NCBI GenBank assembly: GCA_964651395.1
Contig: CAZYXZ010000006.1
Span: 1 to 63,585 of the forward strand
Direction of reading: 5' to 3'
DNA from: an uncultured Frankiaceae bacterium
GTDB taxonomy: Bacteria; Actinomycetota; Actinomycetes; BP-191
DNA: 63,585 nucleotides
The notes below the pieces were generated by a model. It searched no databases. It was given only the letters and a program-made list of their open reading frames with translations, and was not told the DNA's origin. The translations under genes were made by a program, and so were the position numbers. Below, piece by piece: positions 9,759 to 19,079 of the stretch (position 1 is its first letter; each line of letters starts with the position of its first letter).

Positions 9759-10110
9759 GTATTCGGGTTTCTGGCGTGTGAAAAGTCCGCCGCCGTCGTA
9801 CCGTGACCGCACACGGGAGAGGAGGTGGTCCGATTCATGCACGAACAACGGACGCGTGAGGTGGCTGTCCGCTAGCCGCTGGACTGCTCCGGATCCGACG
9901 GACGCCTCCGGCGTCGGGCGGAATACCGAACAGACACCGCGCCCCCGGGTGCCGGCCTTCGTCCACGCCGGCATGTGTCCTCGTGACACGACCCGGGGGT
10001 CGTCTGTGTCCGGAGGCCCCTGACGGATGTGCGCAGAAATGGTCCGTTCGTGTCATGCGCCGCGCCCACCCGCGTTCCTACTGTGGCGGTGACCCGCAAC
10101 CTGCGGGGCC

Positions 10111-11502
10111 TTGACCCGTCTCGGAGACCCCGTGGGTATCCCCAGCCGTGCACGTCGCGCATGGACCAGCCGCCTCGGCGGCGGCGCGCCACAACGCCCG
10201 GCCGGCTGCGACGAGCTCACCGGGCTGCCCGACCGCTCGGCGTTCCGCAGGCAGACGACCTCCGTGCTGGCCCGCGCGAGGGACCGCGGCAACTCGGTGG
10301 CGCTCATCTACCTCGACCTCGACGGCTTCCACCAGGTCAACGACAGCTTCACGCATGACGGCGGCGACGAGCTGCTCCGTTCCGTGAGCCGCCGCCTGCA
10401 GGGGGGCCTGCGCGAAGGTGCCACGGTGGGTCGCATGGGCGGCGACGAGTTCGCGCTGATCTTCGAAGACGTGACCGTCGGCGCGGTCCTCGCGATCGCC
10501 GACCGGCTCCAACGCGAGCTCGCCGCGCCTCACCACGTGGACGGGTCGGACGTGCACTCGTCCGCATCGATCGGCATTGCCATGAGCGCCCCGGGCGAGA
10601 AGACCGAGCCGGAGCTGCTGCGCGACGCCGATGCCGCGCTCTGCCGCGCCAAGGACCGGGGGAAGGACCGCGTCGAGCTCTTCGACAGCTCGATGCGCGG
10701 TGTGACGTCACGCCGCCTCGCGCTGCGCAACGCGCTGCACGCCGCGGTGGAACGGCAGGAGTTCCGCGTCCACTACCAGCCGGAGATCGACCTCACGTCG
10801 GGAGCGATCGTCGGCGCGGAGGCGCTGGTGCGCTGGCAGCGCACGCCCGACGACCTGGTCCCCCCTGGGGAGTTCATCCCGCTGGCGGAGGAGTCCGGCC
10901 TGATCGAGGTGATCGGCGACTGGGTCCTCGGTGAGGCCGTGCACCAGGCGGCGCGCTGGGCCCGCGAACGGCCGGGCGCGGCGCTGACCGTGTGGGTGAA
11001 CCTCGCGGCCCGGCAGTTCGCGCAGGCCGGCCTCGTCGACGCCGTGCGCGAGCACCTCCGTGGCGCGGGCCTCGCCGCGGAGCACCTCGGCCTGGAGATC
11101 ACGGAGTCCGCGCTGCTGGAGGACTCGGAGGGCGTCGTACGGAGGCTTCAGGAGCTGAAGGCGCTCGGCGTGCGCATCGCCGTCGACGACTTCGGGACCG
11201 GATACTCGTCGCTGAACTACCTCAAGCGCCTGCCCGTGGACGCGGTGAAGATCGACCGGAGCTTCGTCGCGGGGCTCGGCACCAACGCCGACGACTCCGC
11301 GATCGTCGGTGCGATCGTCGGCATGGCGCGGGCGCTGCGCCTCACCTCGATCGCCGAGGGCGTCGAGACGGAGGAACAGCTCGCGGAGCTGCGCGCGCTG
11401 GGCTGTGACAGCGCCCAGGGCTACCTCTTCGCGACCCCCCAGCCGCGCCTGGCGATGGAACCCTCGTTCGCGCCGGCTACTTCCCCAACAGGCTACGGCT
11501 GA
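10111..11502 (+). CDS. GGDEF-EAL diguanylate cyclase/phosphodiesterase without a sensor domain
   Basis: DELTGLPDR, DLDGFHQVNDS, RMGGDEF, GAEALVRW, VDDFGTGYSSLNYLKRLPVDAVKIDRSF, AEGVET, QGYLF. Start uncertain. Confidence 0.92.
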   Translation: MTRLGDPVGIPSRARRAWTSRLGGGAPQRPAGCDELTGLPDRSAFRRQTTSVLARARDRGNSVALIYLDLDGFHQVNDSFTHDGGDELLRSVSRRLQGGLREGATVGRMGGDEFALIFEDVTVGAVLAIADRLQRELAAPHHVDGSDVHSSASIGIAMSAPGEKTEPELLRDADAALCRAKDRGKDRVELFDSSMRGVTSRRLALRNALHAAVERQEFRVHYQPEIDLTSGAIVGAEALVRWQRTPDDLVPPGEFIPLAEESGLIEVIGDWVLGEAVHQAARWARERPGAALTVWVNLAARQFAQAGLVDAVREHLRGAGLAAEHLGLEITESALLEDSEGVVRRLQELKALGVRIAVDDFGTGYSSLNYLKRLPVDAVKIDRSFVAGLGTNADDSAIVGAIVGMARALRLTSIAEGVETEEQLAELRALGCDSAQGYLFATPQPRLAMEPSFAPATSPTGYG

Positions 11503-12631
11503 TGATCATCTTCTGGATCTCGGTAGTGCCACCGCCGAGCGAGGTCAGCTTGGAGTCGCGCAGGGCGCGCTCGGCACCGAAGTCCTTCAGATACCCGTAG
11601 CCACCGTGGATCTGGATCGCCTCCAGCGCGTTCTTGACCCCCAGGTCCCCGACCAGCGTCTTGGCGATCGAGGCCTCGACCATGTGCTCGAGCCCTTCCT
11701 GCTTCAGCCACGCCGCGCGGTAGACCGCCATGCGGCAGACCTCCAGGTTGATCTTCATGTCGGCCAGCTTGTGGGCGATGGCCTGGAAGCTCGCGATCGG
11801 CTGGCCGAACTGCTTGCGCTCCTTGGCGTACCGGATCGCCTGGTCGAGGGTGGCCTTCATCCCGCCGACGCTCCCCGCGAGCATCACGGTGCGTTCCCAG
11901 TCGAAGCACTCGAACGCGATACGCCAGAGTGCCTCGCCCTCGGGGCCGAGCATGCTGTCCGCTGGCACCCGCAGGTCCGTGAAGAAGAGCTCGGCGGTGG
12001 GCGACGAGCGGCAGCCCAGCTTGTCCAGCTCCCGTCCTACGGTGAACCCCGGCGTGCTCGTCTCGACGATGAACGCCGAGCAGCTGCTGCCTGGTCCCGC
12101 GTCGGGATCGGTGCGCGCCAGCACGATGCAGGTCTTGGCGATCGGTCCGTTCGTGATGAAGATCTTCGAGCCGTTGATGACCCAGTCGTCGCCGTCACGC
12201 TCGGCGCGTGTCTTGATCGATCCCGCGTCGCTGCCCGCCTCCGGCTCGGTCGAGGCCCACGAGCCGACGTTGCTGCCGTCACAGAGCGCCGGGAGGTATC
12301 GCCGCTTCTGCTCCTCGGTCCCGTGCAGCTCGATCGGCTTGCTGCCGATCACCCAGTGCGCGCCGAGGGAGAGCACCAGCCCGCCGTCGTGACCGCCTTC
12401 GCCGATCGCCTCGTTGGCGATGCAGCAGTCGATGATCGAGCCGCCGGCCCCGCCGTACTCCTCGGCGATCGGCAGGCCGGTGATGCCGTTGGCCGCGAGT
12501 GCCTTCCACACGCTGTCGTCCCAGCGGCCTTCCTTGTCCCGATCGGCGGCCCCGGGGGCGACGACGTCCTGCGCCATCGCTTTCACGCTCGCGTGGAAGG
12601 CCTGCTGCTCCGGGGTGAACGTGAAGTCCAT
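11477..12631 (-). CDS. Acyl-CoA dehydrogenase family protein
   Basis: STEPEAGSD, NGSKIFITNG, YAKERKQFGQPI, IQIHGGYGY, GGTTEIQK motifs. Confidence 0.95.
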   Translation of the reverse strand: MDFTFTPEQQAFHASVKAMAQDVVAPGAADRDKEGRWDDSVWKALAANGITGLPIAEEYGGAGGSIIDCCIANEAIGEGGHDGGLVLSLGAHWVIGSKPIELHGTEEQKRRYLPALCDGSNVGSWASTEPEAGSDAGSIKTRAERDGDDWVINGSKIFITNGPIAKTCIVLARTDPDAGPGSSCSAFIVETSTPGFTVGRELDKLGCRSSPTAELFFTDLRVPADSMLGPEGEALWRIAFECFDWERTVMLAGSVGGMKATLDQAIRYAKERKQFGQPIASFQAIAHKLADMKINLEVCRMAVYRAAWLKQEGLEHMVEASIAKTLVGDLGVKNALEAIQIHGGYGYLKDFGAERALRDSKLTSLGGGTTEIQKMIISRSLLGK

Positions 12632-12732
12632 CAGCGTCCCGATCGGTAGAGGCGTACGGCGACGAGCGCGGCGCCCACGGCGACAGCAGCGGCCGTGCCG
12701 GAAAGCACCAATACCGCCACGTTCTCGAGCAT
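12631..12732 (-). CDS. 33-aa single-TM small protein
   Basis: MLENVAVLVLSGTAAAVAVGAALVAVRLYRSGR; TACGCT-N6-ATG leaderless signature; TGATG coupling to the acyl-CoA dehydrogenase start. Confidence 0.6.
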   Translation of the reverse strand: MLENVAVLVLSGTAAAVAVGAALVAVRLYRSGR

Positions 12733-12867
12733 CTGCGCAGCGTACCGACTACGGAGAGTGACCCACTGGGACCCCCCGGAAATGATCAGCGTTCGCCATG
12801 TTGCCGGCACGCGGACCCGACGACCCTTCATGAGTCCCACTCGGGACCATTCCTGAAGGAGTACTAG

Positions 12868-13491
12868 ATGGCCCAGCGAGCCGCCCTCGGCACCCGCGCG
12901 AAGGTCCTGACGACAGTGGTTGCCATCGGTGCTGCAGCCGCGGTCGCCGGCCTCGGCACGTTCGGCACGTTCACCAGCACCACCAGCGCCTCGACCGATG
13001 TCGACAGCGGTCGCGTCGTCATCGCACTCGGCGCCGTCGGCGCCGCCAACCGCCTGACCGTCGCCGCCACGGACATCGTCCCGGGCGACACGATGCAGCG
13101 CGCGTTCACCCTGTCGAGCGCCAACACCACGGACGACCTGTCCGCGATCACGCTCACCACGACGGCCCCCACCTCGTCGCTGCTCGACACCGATGCGACG
13201 CAGGGCCTGCAGATGGTGATCCAGGACTGCGCGATCCCGTGGGTGGAGGCCGGCGTCGCGCCGGCGTACACCTACACGTGCGTCCCCGGCGCGAGCACTG
13301 TCCTGGCCAGCACGCCGGTGATCGGTTCGAACCTGGCACTGAGCGGCCTCGGCTCCCTCGTCGCTGGCGCCAGCGACAACCTGCGGCTGACCCTGACGCT
13401 GCCGTCGACCGCCGGCAACACCCTGCAGAACCTCGCGAGCACGATCCAGTTCGCGTTCACCGGCACCCAGCGCGCGGCCACCAACAAGTAG
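12868..13491 (+). CDS. TasA/CalY (camelysin M73)-like fibre major subunit with SipW-class signal peptide
   Basis: GLGTFG/TFTSTTSASTDVDSGRVVIAL parallels TasA GGGTWA/AFND...FASGTLDL; IVPGD; C-terminal NTLQ...IQFAFTGTQ; SD AAGGAG; adjacent to sipW. Confidence 0.82.
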   Translation: MAQRAALGTRAKVLTTVVAIGAAAAVAGLGTFGTFTSTTSASTDVDSGRVVIALGAVGAANRLTVAATDIVPGDTMQRAFTLSSANTTDDLSAITLTTTAPTSSLLDTDATQGLQMVIQDCAIPWVEAGVAPAYTYTCVPGASTVLASTPVIGSNLALSGLGSLVAGASDNLRLTLTLPSTAGNTLQNLASTIQFAFTGTQRAATNK

Positions 13492-13507
13492 CCCAGCGCT
13501 CATCGCC

Positions 13508-13547
13508 CTCAAGGGTGGGAACCGCGACCGCGGTTCCCACCCTTGAG
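13508..13547 (+). terminator. Perfect 19-bp stem-loop after the tasA-like gene (terminator or mRNA-stabilising element)
   Basis: CTCAAGGGTGGGAACCGCG-AC-CGCGGTTCCCACCCTTGAG. Confidence 0.75.
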
Positions 13548-13570
13548 CCGGTTAGGAGAGGGAGGTCGCC

Positions 13571-14122
13571 GTGAGCACGCTCTTCCGCCCGCGCGGGTGG
13601 TGGTGGCGTGCGTCGCTGCGGGTCAGCGGACGGCTCGTCCGGGACGTGGCCTTCCTCTTCGCCGTCCTGCTCTTCCTCGGCATCGCGGTCGGTCCGCGCA
13701 CCGGCCACTACCGCACGGTCACGATGCTGACCGGCAGCATGAGTCCGGCGTACCCGCCGGGTTCGGTCGTCGTCGTCGTTCCGCAGCGCTCCGCCGAGGT
13801 CCGCGAAGGTCAGGTGCTCACCTTCGTCGCGCCGACGCCGGAGCGCCGGGTGGTGACCCACCGCGTCGTCGAGGTCGTCCGGACACAGCCGCGGGTCGTC
13901 GTGCGGACCAAGGGCGATGCCAACGCCGAGGCCGACCCGTGGCTGGCCGAGATCAGCGACGACGTCGTCTGGCGTGCGCGCGCCGACATCCCGATGCTCG
14001 GGACCGTCATCCGCATGCTGCGCGAGCCGTGGGTCGGCACGGCGCTGCTCTATGTCCTGCCAGGACTGCTGCTGAGCTGGCTGCTGGCCGGTGTCTGGCG
14101 CCGGCCGGCGCAGGTGGTCTGA
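13571..14122 (+). CDS. sipW: Signal peptidase I, SipW/SEC11 type (Ser-His dyad)
   Basis: MLTGSMSPAYPPGS, VVTHRVVEV, TKGDANAEAD, flanking TM helices. Confidence 0.9.
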   Translation: MSTLFRPRGWWWRASLRVSGRLVRDVAFLFAVLLFLGIAVGPRTGHYRTVTMLTGSMSPAYPPGSVVVVVPQRSAEVREGQVLTFVAPTPERRVVTHRVVEVVRTQPRVVVRTKGDANAEADPWLAEISDDVVWRARADIPMLGTVIRMLREPWVGTALLYVLPGLLLSWLLAGVWRRPAQVV

Positions 14123-14123
14123 C

Positions 14124-14534
14124 GTGTACCGGCGCACGCTCGTCCTCACCTTCGTCGGACTGCTGGCGACACCGGCGATCGCCTCGTTCACCAGCACGCC
14201 GACCCCGCCGAGCATGCCGATCAGCTCGGGGGCGATCAGCGCCCCGCCGGCGGCCAACGCGGTCGGGTCGTGCAACGGCACGCTCCAGGCGAAGGTCGTC
14301 GTCACGTGGACGATCACGCCGTCGACGTACGCGACCGGCTACACGATCCTGCGCAAGATCGCCGGGGTCTTCGTCCAGGTGGGCACGGTCAGCGGGCGCA
14401 ACACCCTGACGTTCACCAACACCGGCCTGGCGGTGCTGACCACGTACGAGTTCGTGGTGCGCGCGACGTACCAGAACTGGGTGAGCGTGAACTCCCCGAC
14501 CGCGTCCGCCACGACACCGGCACTCTGCCTCTAG
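14124..14534 (+). CDS. Second SipW-class substrate, putative minor fibre subunit with an FN3-like domain
   Basis: ATPAIA/SFTSTPTPPSMPISSG repeats the xFTS...SG N-terminal motif of the tasA-like gene; VVVTW...GYTILR...YEFVVRA is FN3-like; GTG lies 1 nt after the sipW stop. Confidence 0.7.
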   Translation: MYRRTLVLTFVGLLATPAIASFTSTPTPPSMPISSGAISAPPAANAVGSCNGTLQAKVVVTWTITPSTYATGYTILRKIAGVFVQVGTVSGRNTLTFTNTGLAVLTTYEFVVRATYQNWVSVNSPTASATTPALCL

Positions 14535-14562
14535 GACCAGCCTCGGAGCGCACAATGCGCGG

Positions 14563-14922
14563 ATGGACACTCTGCTCATCAAGGTGACCGCGGGCACGGA
14601 CGCGCCGGAACGGTGCTCGCAGGCGTTCACGGTGGCCGCCGTCGGCGTGGCCAGCGGACTGACCGTCTCGCTCTGGCTGACCGGTGAGTCCGCGTGGTTC
14701 GCACTGCCCGGGCGCGCGGCCGAGTTCCAGCTGCCCGAGGCGACCCCGCTGCCCGACCTGCTCGAGGCGGTCCTCGCCGGCGGCACCGTGACGTTGTGCA
14801 CGCAGTGCGCGGCGCGACGCGGCATCGGTCCGGAGGACGTCGTCCCCGGGATCCGTATCGCCGGGGCCCAGGCCTTCGTCGGCGAGGCGATGACCGACGG
14901 CACACAGGCCCTCGTCTACTGA
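14563..14922 (+). CDS. DsrE family protein
   Basis: KVTAGTDAPERCSQAF...LWLTGE...LCTQCAARRG. Confidence 0.8.
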   Translation: MDTLLIKVTAGTDAPERCSQAFTVAAVGVASGLTVSLWLTGESAWFALPGRAAEFQLPEATPLPDLLEAVLAGGTVTLCTQCAARRGIGPEDVVPGIRIAGAQAFVGEAMTDGTQALVY

Positions 14923-14944
14923 GAGCGGGCGGCTCTGCCGCGGG

Positions 14945-15664
14945 TCACCGGCCGATCTTCTGGATGACGAAGTGGTCCGCGGACGCCGTGATCGCGACGG
15001 AGTCGCCGCCGACCTCGACGGTCTTCAGCCTGATGCCGAACGGGAGGCCGCTGACCGGCAGGTCGAAGCTGAGCCGGCCCTTGGCCGAGCTGGCGACCGC
15101 CGACGGCAGCGCGAGCCCGCCGACGGACTTCACCGAGGTGACGTCGACCCGCAGGCCGCTCGCCACGACCTTCACCACCGCCACCCCCTCGACCGGCACC
15201 GGGCCGCGGCCGGCCACGGTGATGCTGGTCTCGACGAGCAGCCGGCCCACCCCGGCGCTCTTGACGCGCAGTCCACCCGGCCGTCTGCTCAGGTAGTCGT
15301 TGATGTCCGGGTAGCCGACCTCCACGCGGCAGACGCCGTGGTCGACGGGGATCCGGTCGGCATTGCCGGACAGCGCCGCACCCAGCGCCAGATGCACGCC
15401 GGTCAGATGCGCGGTGATCCGGCGGAACCGCACGCCGTTCTTCTCGTAGTCGCGGATGTCGATGTCGATCTTCTTGTAGTTGCCCCCCACCGCCTGCGTG
15501 ATGAACGGGAACCCCCCGAAGTCGACGGAGGGCCGCTCCTCCAGGCCCTCGGACTTCTGGATGGACGCCGCCACGGTCTTGCCCGACAGGGAGGCGACGC
15601 CCCGGTCGGACAGGGCGAGCAGCCCGGCCAGGATCGCGAGTCCGATGAGGGTCCGACGCAGCAT
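14945..15664 (-). CDS. LmeA/DUF2993 family phospholipid-binding protein
   Basis: Signal peptide; PSVDFGGFPFITQAVGG; syntenic upstream of glnR as in other actinobacteria. Confidence 0.8.
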   Translation of the reverse strand: MLRRTLIGLAILAGLLALSDRGVASLSGKTVAASIQKSEGLEERPSVDFGGFPFITQAVGGNYKKIDIDIRDYEKNGVRFRRITAHLTGVHLALGAALSGNADRIPVDHGVCRVEVGYPDINDYLSRRPGGLRVKSAGVGRLLVETSITVAGRGPVPVEGVAVVKVVASGLRVDVTSVKSVGGLALPSAVASSAKGRLSFDLPVSGLPFGIRLKTVEVGGDSVAITASADHFVIQKIGR

Positions 15665-15675
15665 CTGGTCTATCC

Positions 15676-16482
15676 CTAGGTAGTGAGCAGCCGGGAGGCT
15701 GCATAGGCGACGGGAGCGGCGACCAGGACCGGTAGCAGCGCGGACAGCGTGCGGCAGGCGGCGCGACGGCGCCCGATCAGCTCCGACGTGGCCAGGTCGA
15801 CGGCGAGATCCGCTGCCGCCGCGGCCGCCGCCGCTGCGGCGCCGACCAGCGCACCGGTCGCCCCGTCGACCTGCACCGTCGTCGCCGCCAGCCCGGCGCC
15901 GACGAGAGCGGAGATCCCGACGGCCGTGACCAAGCCGGCCAGGCCGCGATGGGCATCGATGACGAGCGCGGGCCGGGGCAGGCGTCGATCCGCGACCCGG
16001 CCGGCCAGGAGGCCGGCCGCCACGCTGGCCAGTGCGAGCGGAGCCAGCTCGTCGCCGGACGGCGCAGCGACGAGGGCCACCCAGTGCGCGCCGAGCAGCC
16101 CGACGACGACCGCGGAGATCGTGCCGGCCAGGCTCACGACGACCCGTTGCCGGTCACGTCGCGACAGCTCCACGACCATCGCGCCGACCATCGCCATCGC
16201 GACGACGCCGACGCTGGACGAGACGGCGAACGGGCGGTCGCGCACGGCGAGCAGGTCGATCCCGACGACCGCCGCCACGACGACGGGGACCGGCGCCGCG
16301 ATCGACGGCACACCGCAGAACGCCAGCCAGGCCAGGCAGCCGAGCAGCTGAACGGCGAGGAGGACCCCCGCCAGCGGGTACCGGCCCACGGACGCCGCAC
16401 CGGCCAGGACTCCCGCGACGACGGCCCCGGTGACGCCCACACCGACGACGGCGGGCGCCCGGGCTACCCGTGCGGTCGACAT
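15676..16482 (-). CDS. Multi-pass membrane protein, unknown function
   Basis: About 8 hydrophobic helices; fills the gap between two credible genes in the same orientation. Confidence 0.65.
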   Translation of the reverse strand: MSTARVARAPAVVGVGVTGAVVAGVLAGAASVGRYPLAGVLLAVQLLGCLAWLAFCGVPSIAAPVPVVVAAVVGIDLLAVRDRPFAVSSSVGVVAMAMVGAMVVELSRRDRQRVVVSLAGTISAVVVGLLGAHWVALVAAPSGDELAPLALASVAAGLLAGRVADRRLPRPALVIDAHRGLAGLVTAVGISALVGAGLAATTVQVDGATGALVGAAAAAAAAAADLAVDLATSELIGRRRAACRTLSALLPVLVAAPVAYAASRLLTT

Positions 16483-16494
16483 GCGCGGATCGTC

Positions 16495-17292
16495 TCAGGT
16501 GACCGCGGGTCGGCGCTCTACCAGCTCCTGGAGGACCCCACCGATCCGGTCCACCAGCGCGGGGGTCGCGGCCGTCTCGGCGTGCCCGAAGCCGGGCACG
16601 ATCCAGACCTCGACCGGATCGCCCGCTGCGGCGGCGAGCGCGCGGGGATGCTCGAGGGGGAAGAAGTCGTCGCGGTCACCGTGGACGACGAGCAGCGGCG
16701 TGGGCGCGATCCGGCCGACCACCTCCACCGGCGACTCCGGCACCTCCGCCCAGCCGGCGGCGATGCGGGTGCCGAGCAGGTGCCGGCTGACTCGGCGGCC
16801 GAGCCGTCGCTCCACCAGCCAGTGCAGCCGCCGCATCGGCGCCGTGTCCCGGACGAACCAGCGGCTCGTCGCGCTGACCGAGACGACGGCGTCGACGCCG
16901 CCGAGCAGCGCGGCGTGCCGGACGACGCTCGAGCCGCCCATCGACCAACCGCAGGTCACCACCCGGCGGTAGCCGAGGCCGCGCGCCGCACCCACTGCCG
17001 CGTCGACGTCGAGCACCTCGAGGTCCCCGAGGGTGGACACGCCGCCGGAGGCACCGTGCCCGCGCGAGTCGAAGGCGACCACTCCTGCCCATCGGGCCAG
17101 GCCCCGCGCGATGTGGGCCGGCGCCGGCTTGCGGTGCGTGCCGCTGAAGCCGTGGACGAGGACGACCGCGATGTCCCGGTCGGCACGCGGCAGGTGCGTC
17201 GCGGCGAGCGTCACGCCGTCCGCGGTACGCAGCGCGAGGGCCTCCTCGCCCGGGGCGAGGGGCCCGCGATTCTTCGCTCGGTACGGCGGCAC
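16495..17292 (-). CDS. Alpha/beta hydrolase
   Basis: HGFSG, DSRGHG, GWSMGG nucleophile, HGDRDD, GFGHA. Start placed at GTG 17292 (uncertain). Divergent from glnR. Confidence 0.85.
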   Translation of the reverse strand: MPPYRAKNRGPLAPGEEALALRTADGVTLAATHLPRADRDIAVVLVHGFSGTHRKPAPAHIARGLARWAGVVAFDSRGHGASGGVSTLGDLEVLDVDAAVGAARGLGYRRVVTCGWSMGGSSVVRHAALLGGVDAVVSVSATSRWFVRDTAPMRRLHWLVERRLGRRVSRHLLGTRIAAGWAEVPESPVEVVGRIAPTPLLVVHGDRDDFFPLEHPRALAAAAGDPVEVWIVPGFGHAETAATPALVDRIGGVLQELVERRPAVT

Positions 17293-17388
17293 GTGCGGTA
17301 TGGTGCCCCACGACGGGTCCCGGGCGATGACGCCCCCCGGGGTCCGTCTCGTGCTTTTCGGGGCTGGTTCACGAGCGAGGGCCAACAC

Positions 17389-18150
17389 ATGAGCGTGCTG
17401 CTCGTCCTCACATCAGGCGCCCGTGCGGACTCCGTGCTGCCGGGACTGGGCTTCCTGGCGCACACGACGCGGCTCGCGCCGATGGAGCCGGCCGCGCTGC
17501 TCGACGCGCCGCCGTCCGACCTGGTCCTCGTCGACGCCCGCGCGGACCTCGCCCAGGCCAAGTCACTCTGTCGCCTGCTGCGCACGACCGGGCTCACCGT
17601 CCCCTTGCTGGCGGTCGTGACCGAAGGGGGCCTGGCCGCGCTCACCGGGGACTGGGGCCTCGACGACGTCCTGCTCACGACCGCCGGGCCGGCCGAGATC
17701 GAGGCCCGGGTCCGGCTCGCCCTGGCCCGGACGGCCCAGGCGCATGCGGCCGAGTCGGCCGAGGCCGGCGTCATCCGTTCGGGTGAGCTGGCCATCGACG
17801 AGGCGACCTACCAGGCGCGGCTCAAGGGCCGCCCGCTCGACCTCACGTTCAAGGAGTTCGAGCTGCTGAAGTACCTCGCGCAGCACCCCGGCCGGGTGTT
17901 CAGCCGCGCACAGCTGCTGCAGGAGGTGTGGGGCTACGACTACTACGGTGGCACGCGCACCGTGGACGTCCACGTACGTCGCCTGCGCGCGAAGCTCGGC
18001 GCAGAGCACGAGGCCCTCATCGGCACTGTCCGCAACGTCGGCTACAAGTTCGTCGCCGCCGCCCCACCGCTCGGCGACTCCGTCGCCGAGGCGGTGGGCG
18101 AGGCTGCGGACGAGCCGGCGCGCGCGCTGGAGGACAGCCGGCCCGCGTAG
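17389..18150 (+). CDS. glnR: Orphan OmpR-family nitrogen regulator GlnR
   Basis: [55 protein letters not shown]; atypical receiver domain; upstream of mshD. Confidence 0.92.
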   Translation: MSVLLVLTSGARADSVLPGLGFLAHTTRLAPMEPAALLDAPPSDLVLVDARADLAQAKSLCRLLRTTGLTVPLLAVVTEGGLAALTGDWGLDDVLLTTAGPAEIEARVRLALARTAQAHAAESAEAGVIRSGELAIDEATYQARLKGRPLDLTFKEFELLKYLAQHPGRVFSRAQLLQEVWGYDYYGGTRTVDVHVRRLRAKLGAEHEALIGTVRNVGYKFVAAAPPLGDSVAEAVGEAADEPARALEDSRPA

Positions 18151-18160
18151 GGTCCGAGCG

Positions 18161-19069
18161 GTGAGCGAGACACCGCGGATCGACGTCCGAACGCGGCTCG
18201 ACCGCGACGAGGTCACCGCCGTGCTGCAGCTGGTCGCCGACGCCGCGGAGGCCGACGGCGTACAGCCGGTCTCGGAACACGTCTACCTCCACCTCCGCCA
18301 TGGCGGCGACGTCGCGGACCACAACCTGCTCGCCCGGTCCGGAGACCGGCTGGTCGGCTACGCGCACCTGGATCCGACGGACGAGGTGGAAGGTGCGAGC
18401 GCGGAGCTGGTCGTCGCCCCCGCAGAGCGCGGGAAGGGCATCGGGTCAGCGCTGGTCGAGAAGCTCGAGGAGCTCGCTCCCGGTCGGCGGCTGCGCCTGT
18501 GGGCGCACGGCACCCAGCCGGCGGCCAGCGCGCTGGCGGCCAAGTTCGGCTTCGAGCGGGCCCGAGTGCTCTGGCAGATGCGCCGGTCGCTGCTGGCGCC
18601 CCTGCCGTCGCCGGAGCTCCCGGAGGGCGTCGCGGTCCGCACCTTCGAACCGGGCCGTGACGAGGCCGCCTGGATCGCGGTGAACAGTGCGGCGTTCGCG
18701 ACCCATCCAGATCAGGGCGGGTGGTCGCTCGAAGACCTGCTTCAGCGCGAGAGGGAGGGCTGGTTCGACCCGAAGGGCTTCTTCCTGGCCGAACGCGACG
18801 CGCGCCTCCTCGCCTTCCACTGGACGAAGGTGCACGGCCACGAGCACGACCACGAGCCGATCGGTGAGGTCTACGTCGTCGGCGTCCATCCGGAGGCGCA
18901 AGGGCTCGGTCTCGGCAAGTCCATGACCCTGGTCGGCCTGCACCATCTGCGGTCCCGCGGCCTCGCGCAGGTCATGCTCTACGTAGACGAGTCCAACACC
19001 ACAGCCATATCTCTGTACCAACGGCTCGGCTTCAGCAGGTGGGACACCGACGTTTCGTTCCGCAGGTAG
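18161..19069 (+). CDS. mshD: Mycothiol synthase
   Basis: Tandem GNAT domains; AFATHPDQG, WFDPKGFFLA, FHWTKVH, GEVYVVGVHP, LYVDESN; TAGGGT-N7-GTG. Confidence 0.95.
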   Translation: MSETPRIDVRTRLDRDEVTAVLQLVADAAEADGVQPVSEHVYLHLRHGGDVADHNLLARSGDRLVGYAHLDPTDEVEGASAELVVAPAERGKGIGSALVEKLEELAPGRRLRLWAHGTQPAASALAAKFGFERARVLWQMRRSLLAPLPSPELPEGVAVRTFEPGRDEAAWIAVNSAAFATHPDQGGWSLEDLLQREREGWFDPKGFFLAERDARLLAFHWTKVHGHEHDHEPIGEVYVVGVHPEAQGLGLGKSMTLVGLHHLRSRGLAQVMLYVDESNTTAISLYQRLGFSRWDTDVSFRR

Positions 19070-19079
19070 CCTCTGACGG

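Noticed and set aside
11477-11502. Convergent 26-nt overlap of the GGDEF-EAL and acyl-CoA dehydrogenase 3' ends
   Set aside because: Short tail-to-tail overlaps are common in compact high-GC genomes, and both catalytic domains end before the overlap.
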